NCBI GenBank assembly: GCA_045656865.1
Contig: JAZOSB010000007.1
Coordinates: 8,335 to 72,334, forward strand
Source: Clostridia bacterium
Lineage (GTDB): Bacteria > Bacillota > Clostridia > UMGS1883
Reading direction: 5' to 3'
Length of the DNA stretch: 64,000 nt
Shown: positions 56,933 to 64,000 of the stretch, one piece after another
Layout: every line of letters starts with the position of its first letter
How positions within the stretch are numbered: position 1 is the first letter of the stretch
The notes under the pieces: model-generated
What the model was told of the DNA's origin: nothing
What the model saw: only the letters and a program-made list of their open reading frames with translations
The model's database searches: none
Made by a program: the position numbers and the translations under genes

Positions 56933-56961
56933 TTGACTAAAGCCATAAAATTTGGTAAAAT
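56933..56961 (+). promoter_or_regulatory. Putative sigma-A promoter of the glg operon
   Basis: TTGACT-17 nt-TAAAAT, about 40 nt upstream of the glgB ATG. Confidence 0.5.
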
Positions 56962-57000
56962 GAATATAATAACAGAATTATATCAAGCGGAGGCATATGA

Positions 57001-58929
57001 ATGACAACCAAAAACAAAAAGACAGTGAAGAATGAAAACCCTTTTATAGCTACCTCTCAGCTTGCTCAGTTTAATAACGGAACGAATTTCCGATGCTACG
57101 AATTTATGGGAGCCATTCCGTCAGAAATCTATGGCGAGCCTGGCTATAGCTTTGCCGTTTGGGCACCTAATGCCGAGTCTGTCAGTGTGGTTGGCGATTT
57201 CAACGGCTGGGACACAGACGCACACCCCATGAATCCGCAGGGAAGTTCAGGCGTGTGGCACTGCTTCATAAAAGGTATAAAGGATGGGCAGTGCTATAAA
57301 TATTTTATGCGGTGTAAGGACGGTACAACCTTGTACAAGGCAGACCCTTATGCCCGTTACGCTCAGCTTCCTCCCGAAACGGCATCGGTGACTTATGATG
57401 CATCAGGGTTTGAGTGGAGTGACTCTAAGTGGATGAACAAAAGACATAATAATGCGCCCTACAACAAGCCTATGCTTGTGTATGAAATGCATCTTGGAAG
57501 CTGGCGCACGCATCCTGACGGCTCGCTTAAAAATTACCGTGAAATTGCCGATGAGCTGTGTGAGTATTTGAACGAAATGGGTTACACTCACGTAGAGCTG
57601 ATGCCCCTTACTGAATTTCCTTTTGACGGAAGCTGGGGCTATCAGGTTACAGGATATTTTGCCGCAACCTCGAGATACGGCACGCCCAAGGATTTTATGT
57701 ATTTTGTGAATAAATGTCACGAATCCGGCATAAGTGTAATTATGGACTGGGTTCCTGCACATTTCCCGCGTGACGCTCACGGACTTGCTAAATTTGACGG
57801 AACGCCGATTTATGAATACCCCAATCCGCTTAAAGGTGAGCATAAGGAATGGGGAACTCTTGTGTTTGATTACGGCAGGGAGGAAGTTGTATCTTTCCTG
57901 ATGTCAAGTGCTTTTTACTGGTTGGATATGTTCCATATTGATGGCCTTCGTGTAGATGCCGTTTCCAGTATGCTGTACCTTGACTACGGAAGGGAGGAGT
58001 ATCTTCCCAACAAATACGGTGGTAAGGAAAACCTTGAAGCAATTGAATTTTTGCAGAATCTTAATACAGCCGTTTTCGCGGAATATCCCAACATTCTTAT
58101 GATTGCGGAGGAATCCACAGCATGGCCCGGCGTTACAAAGCCTGTGTCAGACGGTGGACTTGGATTCAATTTCAAGTGGAATATGGGCTGGATGAACGAT
58201 ATGCTCCGTTATATGAGTATGGATGCATATTTCAGGCGTGATAACCATAATCTTCTGACTTTCTCAATGATGTATGCCTTTTCCGAAAACTACATTCTGC
58301 CTTTGTCCCATGACGAGGTGGTGCACGGAAAATGCTCCCTGATTGAGAAAATGTCAGGGCTTTACGGGCAGAAGTTTGATTCCTTGCGTACATTTTTTAT
58401 GTACAAGATGGCACACCCCGGAAAGAAGCTTCTCTTTATGGGTGGTGAAATCGCTCAGTTTATTGAGTGGAGGTACTACGAACAGCTTGAGTGGCATCTT
58501 CTTGAGATAGACAAGCATCGTCAATTCCAATCCTTTGTGAAAGAGCTTAATCATTTTTATAAAGATAACAAGCCTTTCTGGGAGATTGAGGACAGCTGGG
58601 ACGGTTTTGAGTGGATAAATGCCGATGACCGTGACAGAAGCGTGATTTCCTTTGTAAGACGTGGAAAGAGAAAGACTGACGAAATTGTAGTTATCTGTAA
58701 TTTTACCCCAGTGGAGTACAATGATTATGTTGTGGGTGTTCCCCGAAGCGGAACCTATGCTCCCGTGCTTACAAGCGACAGTCTTGAATTTGGGGGAAGC
58801 GGGCGGAAAATAAAACCAATCTCCGCCAAAAAGAAAGGGCAGAATTCAATGCCCTATACAATCACTCTGGATATACCCCCAATGAGTGCAGTCTACCTGA
58901 AACGCACTCAGCCTAAAAATAGTAAATAA
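57001..58929 (+). CDS. glgB: 1,4-alpha-glucan branching enzyme
   Basis: GH13 catalytic motifs ([18 protein letters not shown]), N-terminal CBM48-like region. Confidence 0.95.
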   Translation: MTTKNKKTVKNENPFIATSQLAQFNNGTNFRCYEFMGAIPSEIYGEPGYSFAVWAPNAESVSVVGDFNGWDTDAHPMNPQGSSGVWHCFIKGIKDGQCYKYFMRCKDGTTLYKADPYARYAQLPPETASVTYDASGFEWSDSKWMNKRHNNAPYNKPMLVYEMHLGSWRTHPDGSLKNYREIADELCEYLNEMGYTHVELMPLTEFPFDGSWGYQVTGYFAATSRYGTPKDFMYFVNKCHESGISVIMDWVPAHFPRDAHGLAKFDGTPIYEYPNPLKGEHKEWGTLVFDYGREEVVSFLMSSAFYWLDMFHIDGLRVDAVSSMLYLDYGREEYLPNKYGGKENLEAIEFLQNLNTAVFAEYPNILMIAEESTAWPGVTKPVSDGGLGFNFKWNMGWMNDMLRYMSMDAYFRRDNHNLLTFSMMYAFSENYILPLSHDEVVHGKCSLIEKMSGLYGQKFDSLRTFFMYKMAHPGKKLLFMGGEIAQFIEWRYYEQLEWHLLEIDKHRQFQSFVKELNHFYKDNKPFWEIEDSWDGFEWINADDRDRSVISFVRRGKRKTDEIVVICNFTPVEYNDYVVGVPRSGTYAPVLTSDSLEFGGSGRKIKPISAKKKGQNSMPYTITLDIPPMSAVYLKRTQPKNSK

Positions 58930-58966
58930 TCGTGTCATACACGGTAAAGAGAGGAAGGATTTATAA

Positions 58967-60193
58967 ATGAAATCAGCCGAGTGTTTAGCAATGATACTTG
59001 CCGGCGGACAGGGAAGCCGACTTGGCGTACTCACAAAAACTGTGGCAAAGCCTGCAGTTCCATTTGGAGGAAAATACAGAATTATTGACTTTACTTTAAG
59101 TAACTGTATTCATTCCGGAATTTATACGGTGGGTGTACTTACTCAGTATCAGCCCCTTGAGCTCAATACTTATATTGGAAGCGGACATCCCTGGGATCTT
59201 AACCGCAATTCGGGCGGCGTTTATGTTCTGCCCCCGTATCAGAGTGCGGAAAAAGGGGAGTGGTACAAGGGTACTGCAAACGCTATTTATCAGAACATTG
59301 AATTTGTTGACAAATTCAATCCGAAATATGTTGTGATTCTTTCGGGTGACCACATTTACAAAATGGATTATTCCAAGATGGTGGAATATCACAAGGAAAA
59401 AAATGCTGACGCAACAATAGCCGTTATTGAAGTTCCGTGGGAGGAAGCAAGCCGATTCGGTATTATGACCGCAAACTCTGACGGAAAAATTGTTAAATTT
59501 GCGGAAAAGCCCAAGGAGCCTAAGAGTAACCTTGCATCTATGGGTGTATATGTATTCACCTGGGATGTTTTGAAAAAGTATCTGCAGAGTGATGAAAAGG
59601 ACCCTGCAAGCTCCAACGACTTCGGTAAAAATATTATCCCCACAATGCTTGGCAACGGGGAGAATATGTGTGCATATGCATTCCAGGGTTACTGGAAGGA
59701 TGTAGGTACAGTGCAGAGCCTTTGGGAGGCTAATATGGACATCCTGCAGGAGCCTCCTGCATTTGAGCTTAACGACAGCGACTGGAAGATTTATTCCAGA
59801 AATCCCGTTAAACCGCCCCACTACATTGCTAAGGGGGCAAAGGTTAACAATTGCTGCGTTACAGAGGGCTGTAATGTTTGCGGTAATATAAAGCACAGTA
59901 TCCTTTTTGAGGGTGTTACTGTGGAAAAAGGTGCTGTTGTTGAGGATTCGATAGTGTTCCCAGGTGCAGTTATCAGGGAAAATGCAGTTATTAAAAAGGC
60001 CGTTATCGGTGAAGAAGCTGTTATTGGAAAGGGTGCTGTTATCGGTGATGAAAATACCGACAGCAGTCAGTTTGCAAGCCCTTACTGTACAGGCGGAATT
60101 TCACTTATTGGCGGTGGAATTACCATTGCAGACGGTGAAAAAATAGGCATAAACTCAATGGTTGCATCAGAAACAGGAAAGGGGGAGAACTGA
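58967..60193 (+). CDS. glgC: Glucose-1-phosphate adenylyltransferase
   Basis: [17 protein letters not shown] nucleotide-binding motif, C-terminal left-handed beta-helix. Confidence 0.95.
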   Translation: MKSAECLAMILAGGQGSRLGVLTKTVAKPAVPFGGKYRIIDFTLSNCIHSGIYTVGVLTQYQPLELNTYIGSGHPWDLNRNSGGVYVLPPYQSAEKGEWYKGTANAIYQNIEFVDKFNPKYVVILSGDHIYKMDYSKMVEYHKEKNADATIAVIEVPWEEASRFGIMTANSDGKIVKFAEKPKEPKSNLASMGVYVFTWDVLKKYLQSDEKDPASSNDFGKNIIPTMLGNGENMCAYAFQGYWKDVGTVQSLWEANMDILQEPPAFELNDSDWKIYSRNPVKPPHYIAKGAKVNNCCVTEGCNVCGNIKHSILFEGVTVEKGAVVEDSIVFPGAVIRENAVIKKAVIGEEAVIGKGAVIGDENTDSSQFASPYCTGGISLIGGGITIADGEKIGINSMVASETGKGEN

Positions 60194-60194
60194 A

Positions 60195-61313
60195 ATGAAA
60201 GATATGATGGGTATTGTAATGGCTGACAACAGTGAGCTTACTCTTAACGAGCTTACGGAGCTTCGTTCAATTCCTGCACTTCCCTTTGGAGGAAGATACA
60301 GGCTTATCGATTTCATTCTTTCCAATATGGTTAATTCGGGCATTATCAATGTGGGTATTGCTACAAATATCAATTATTCTTCTCTTATGGACCATGTGGG
60401 CAGCGGTGCTCCGTGGGATCTTAACAGAAAGATATACGGACTCTTTATGCTTCCGCCCTATGTCCGCGGCGGTGCAGGCGGAATCAGTACCGGAAGTATC
60501 GACCAGCTTTACGGTGTGCTTACCTTCCTCCGCAGAAGCCGTCAGCAGTATGTTGTATTGGCATCGGGCAGAACAGTTTGTAATATGACCTTTGACGAGG
60601 CTCTTAAGCTTCATATTGAAAAGGAAGCAGATATTACTGTTGTTTACCGTGATGTAAAGGAAAAGAACGACCAGCTCAGCCGTTCAAACGTATATGAGGT
60701 AGACGAAAACGGCAGAGTAAACGGCATGGAAACAAATCCCCGTTATCCAAAGACAACTCTTCAGGGCATGGGAATGTTTATTATCGAACGTATTAAGCTC
60801 ATTGAGCTTATTGAGGATGCATATGCACGCGGAAGCCATGACTTTGTGCGTGATATTCTTATGACTGCAGTAGACAGCCACAGGGTTTACGGATATGAGT
60901 ACAAGGGCTTTGCAGGTGTAGTTGATTCTATACGCAGTTATTATGAAACCAATATGAAGATGCTTGAAACTGAAGTGAGAAAGGATATCTTCGGCTCTGA
61001 AAACCGCATTTATACAAAGGTTAAGGACCAGGTGCCCACTCAGTACGGAAAAACGGCAGAGGTTTCAGATTCTCTCATAGCAGACGGCTGTATCATTGAG
61101 GGAACAGTTGAAAACAGCATTATTTTCCGTGGTGTTCACATTGCCAAGGGTGCAGTTATCAAAAACAGTATCGTAATGCAGAACAGCGTTATTGAGGAAA
61201 ACTGTGATATTGAAAATGTCATTATAGATAAGGAGTGTACTCTCCGTCAGTCAAAGAGGCTTGTAGGACAGCCCAATTATCCGGTTATCCTGCCCAAGAG
61301 AACTCTTCTGTAA
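60195..61313 (+). CDS. glgD: Glucose-1-phosphate adenylyltransferase subunit GlgD (regulatory)
   Basis: GlgC paralog lacking the canonical GGxGxRL motif (LPFGGRYRLIDF), as in the Firmicutes GlgD; ATG immediately after the glgC stop, with AAAGGGGGAGAA RBS. Confidence 0.85.
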   Translation: MKDMMGIVMADNSELTLNELTELRSIPALPFGGRYRLIDFILSNMVNSGIINVGIATNINYSSLMDHVGSGAPWDLNRKIYGLFMLPPYVRGGAGGISTGSIDQLYGVLTFLRRSRQQYVVLASGRTVCNMTFDEALKLHIEKEADITVVYRDVKEKNDQLSRSNVYEVDENGRVNGMETNPRYPKTTLQGMGMFIIERIKLIELIEDAYARGSHDFVRDILMTAVDSHRVYGYEYKGFAGVVDSIRSYYETNMKMLETEVRKDIFGSENRIYTKVKDQVPTQYGKTAEVSDSLIADGCIIEGTVENSIIFRGVHIAKGAVIKNSIVMQNSVIEENCDIENVIIDKECTLRQSKRLVGQPNYPVILPKRTLL

Positions 61314-61327
61314 GAAAGGACAAAATT

Positions 61328-62764
61328 ATGAAAGTTTTATTTGCCACAAGTGAATGTGTACCCTTTGTCAAAACAGGCGGACTTGCCGACGTTGTTGGTG
61401 CACTTCCGGCAGAGCTTTGCGCTCAGGGGTGCGAGGCGAGAGTAATTCTTCCCAAGTACGGAAAGATTGCTCAAAAATACAAGGATGAAATGCAGTACCT
61501 GAGCAACATCTACATCAAGATGGGCTGGAGAAGTCAGTATTGCGGAGTGTTTCATCTGAAAATAGGGGAGGTTATCTACTATTTTGTAGATAATGAATTT
61601 TATTTCGGCTCCGACACTATCTACGGAGATATGTCCGAGGATATAGAGCGTTTTGCATTCTTCGACAAGGCTGTGCTTGCACTTCTGCAGGTTGTAGATT
61701 ACTGGCCCGATGTAATCCATTGTAACGACTGGCAGACGGGTATGATTCCCGTACTTTTAAAGGCGCATTATGATGTTGACTGCCGTTATGCAGGTATTAA
61801 AACCGTTATGACAATCCACAACCTGAAATTTCAGGGCATATACGATAAAAAAATCATTCAGGATGTGTGCGAGCTTCCCGACAGCTATTTCACAGATGAC
61901 AAGCTGGAATTTTTCAATGATGCAAGCTTTTTAAAGGGCGGACTTGTGTATGCTGATTTTATAACCACAGTAAGTAAAACCTACGCGGGAGAGATTATGA
62001 CAGGCTATTTCGGTGAAAATCTCAACGGACTTCTGTGGGCGAAGCGTGACCGTGTGACAGGTATCATAAACGGTATCAATTATGATGAGTGGAACAGTGC
62101 AACTGATACATTTATTGAAAAAAATTATAATCTCAGAAACATAATTTCAGGTAAAAAAGAAAATAAACTTGCTCTGCAAAAACAGTTCGGTCTTGAGGAA
62201 AATCCCGACAAATTCCTTGTGGGTATGGTTACAAGACTTACGGGACAAAAGGGACTTGACCTTGTGGAGTGCGTAATGGACAACATCTTTGAAAACGGTG
62301 ATATTCAGATGATAATTCTCGGCACGGGAGAAAATCAGTATGAAAATATGCTCCGTCACTTTGAATGGAAGTATAAGGGCTCCCTTGCTTCTCTCATTAT
62401 GTTTGACAATGCCGCAAGCCACAGAATTTATGCAGGGTGTGATGCCTTCCTTATGCCGTCGCTCTTTGAACCCTGTGGACTCAGCCAGATGATTTCCATG
62501 CGTTACGGCACACTCCCCGTTGTCCGTGAAACGGGAGGTCTCCGTGACAGTGTTGAAGCATTTAACGAGTATGAGGATACGGGAACGGGCTTCAGCTTCA
62601 CAAACTACAACGCTCACGAGATGCTCGGAATTTTAAATTATGCCAAGAGAACATACTACGATAACAGAAAATCGTGGAATTCTATGGTAAAAAGAGCAAT
62701 GAAAGCCGATTTCTCGTGGGAAAATTCAGCAAAAGAATACATTGACGTATACAATAGATTGTAG
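61328..62764 (+). CDS. glgA: Glycogen synthase (ADP-glucose type, GT5)
   Basis: MKVLFATSECVPFVKTGGLADV N-terminus; start at 61328 with AAAGGA RBS (the ORF track start at 61235 overlaps glgD). Confidence 0.95.
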   Translation: MKVLFATSECVPFVKTGGLADVVGALPAELCAQGCEARVILPKYGKIAQKYKDEMQYLSNIYIKMGWRSQYCGVFHLKIGEVIYYFVDNEFYFGSDTIYGDMSEDIERFAFFDKAVLALLQVVDYWPDVIHCNDWQTGMIPVLLKAHYDVDCRYAGIKTVMTIHNLKFQGIYDKKIIQDVCELPDSYFTDDKLEFFNDASFLKGGLVYADFITTVSKTYAGEIMTGYFGENLNGLLWAKRDRVTGIINGINYDEWNSATDTFIEKNYNLRNIISGKKENKLALQKQFGLEENPDKFLVGMVTRLTGQKGLDLVECVMDNIFENGDIQMIILGTGENQYENMLRHFEWKYKGSLASLIMFDNAASHRIYAGCDAFLMPSLFEPCGLSQMISMRYGTLPVVRETGGLRDSVEAFNEYEDTGTGFSFTNYNAHEMLGILNYAKRTYYDNRKSWNSMVKRAMKADFSWENSAKEYIDVYNRL

Positions 62765-62771
62765 TATAATA

Positions 62772-62810
62772 AATAGGTATAGAGTATAGAATATACTCTA
62801 TACCTATTAT
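62772..62810 (+). terminator. Rho-independent terminator after glgA
   Basis: 17-bp perfect stem AATAGGTATAGAGTATA-gaa-TATACTCTATACCTATT followed by a T-rich run. Confidence 0.7.
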
Positions 62811-62855
62811 TTTTATTAATTTTTTAAGTTGATTTTTTAAAGGAGTGTAAATATA

Positions 62856-64000
62856 TTGGCAACAGTAAAGCTTACTGCAAATCAGCAGCAGATAAAAGAT
62901 GAAATTCTCGGAAAGCTTAACCGTCATTACGGCAGAACTTTAGAGGATGCTACAAAATCTCATATATACAAAGCGGCGGCTCTTACCGTTCGTGATAAGA
63001 TGATGGAAAGATGGACGGCATACCGCCGTCAGCAGAGAACTGCACAGAGGAAGGAGCTTTTCTACCTTTCTTTCGAGTTTTTGATGGGTCGTTCTCTCGG
63101 TAACAACCTTTTAAACATCGGTCTCACAAACGATTATGATAAGGTACTTAAGTCTATGGGCTGCAGTCTTGAGGAAATTGCTTCTCAGGAAAGTGATGCA
63201 GGTCTTGGCAACGGTGGTCTTGGACGACTTGCGGCGTGCTTCCTCGACTCTCTCGCAACACTTGAGCTTCCCTCATTCGGTTGCTCAATCCGTTATGAGT
63301 ACGGACTTTTCAAACAGCTTATCGTAGACGGTGAGCAGATTGAAACCCCTGATAACTGGCTTAACGACGGAAGTGTGTGGGAAATTCCCCGTCCCGAGGA
63401 AAAGGCAACAGTTCGTTTCGGCGGCGAAGTGAACACATATATGACCGAAAACGGTCTTAAAGTAGACTATACAAACACAACAAACGTAGTGGGTATTCCA
63501 TATGATGTTCCCATTGTAGGTTATGATGCAAAAATTGTTAATACTCTCCGTCTGTGGTCTGCAAGGGCAGAACACGACCTTGATATGACAAGCTTCTCTG
63601 GCGGTGACTATTTAAGAGCAGTTGAGGAAAAAGCACTTGCAGAGGTCCTCAGTAAAGTTCTTTACCCCGAGGATAATCATCAGGAGGGTAAGGCTCTGCG
63701 TCTTCGTCAGCAGTATTTCTTTGTTTCCTGCACAATGCAGTGGATTATTTCAAGATTCAAACGCCATCACAAGGGGATGGACCTTGACAGACTTCCCGAA
63801 TTTGTTGCAGTTCACATCAACGATACACACCCTGCAATTGCAATTCCCGAGCTTATGCGTATTCTTATGGATGAAGAGGGAATGGGCTGGGAACAGGCAT
63901 GGGATATTGTATGCAGAGTGTTTGCATATACCAACCATACAATTCTTGCGGAGGCTCTTGAAAAATGGCCCATGGATATGTTCCAGCGTCTTCTTCCCAG
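62856..64000 (+). CDS. glgP: Glycogen/alpha-glucan phosphorylase (partial; continues beyond the window end)
   Basis: TTG start after AAAGGAG RBS; GT35 motifs (LGNGGLGRLAACFLDS, HINDTHPAIAIPE); open frame to position 64000 (not in the ORF track because there is no stop in the window). Confidence 0.9.
   Translation, partial: MATVKLTANQQQIKDEILGKLNRHYGRTLEDATKSHIYKAAALTVRDKMMERWTAYRRQQRTAQRKELFYLSFEFLMGRSLGNNLLNIGLTNDYDKVLKSMGCSLEEIASQESDAGLGNGGLGRLAACFLDSLATLELPSFGCSIRYEYGLFKQLIVDGEQIETPDNWLNDGSVWEIPRPEEKATVRFGGEVNTYMTENGLKVDYTNTTNVVGIPYDVPIVGYDAKIVNTLRLWSARAEHDLDMTSFSGGDYLRAVEEKALAEVLSKVLYPEDNHQEGKALRLRQQYFFVSCTMQWIISRFKRHHKGMDLDRLPEFVAVHINDTHPAIAIPELMRILMDEEGMGWEQAWDIVCRVFAYTNHTILAEALEKWPMDMFQRLLP

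Noticed and set aside
1-64000. CRISPR arrays, transposases, integrases, prophage or defense islands
   Set aside because: No short direct-repeat/spacer arrays and no IS, integrase, terminase, restriction or Cas-like ORFs were found. Every sizeable ORF has a housekeeping, envelope or sporulation assignment. The XRE/S24 regulator and the tRNA are not accompanied by any mobile-element genes.

Overview
Chromosomal window (about 42% GC by eye) from a spore-forming Firmicute, class Clostridia, with an Oscillospiraceae/Ruminococcaceae-like gene content. It is mostly core housekeeping, tightly packed, with many recognisable operons. Minus-strand operons and genes: serC-serA; spo0A with a split TauE/SafE gene pair; psd-pssA; a Ca-type P-type ATPase; spoIVB; a polysaccharide deacetylase; yajC, a small membrane protein, and secD-secF; a cell-envelope cluster of MBOAT, DHHW, DUF4358 and an SLH-anchored SGNH enzyme; cardiolipin synthase; an LRR surface protein; a TPP-riboswitch-controlled thiW-thiM-thiE-thiD plus an ECF S-component gene; rpsT; apbE; a lytic transglycosylase; coaE; polA; spoIIP. 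Plus-strand operons and genes: pta-ackA; yceD-rpmF followed by a predicted tRNA-Arg(CCU); ade-guaB-fhs; a PanT-like gene with coaX; rpmB; rpsF-ssb-rpsR; a sugar-type ABC ATPase; gpr; an XRE/S24 regulator with nifS-nifU; fba; rex; glgB-glgC-glgD-glgA-glgP (glgP runs off the window end). Many intergenic regions contain near-consensus sigma-A promoters (TTGACA-17-TATAAT) and clean rho-independent terminator hairpins. No CRISPR array, transposase, integrase or obvious defense island was seen. The most unusual element is a 110-bp structured triple-repeat leader between the tRNA and the adenine deaminase gene. Other points of interest are an extended second leader segment behind the TPP riboswitch, the Pat-like O-acetylation cluster, a spo0A-coupled split TauE pair, a perfect palindrome upstream of spo0A, and a non-canonical S24 repressor upstream of nifSU. 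All coordinates were derived by hand from the 60-nt line numbering and checked against the ORF track.
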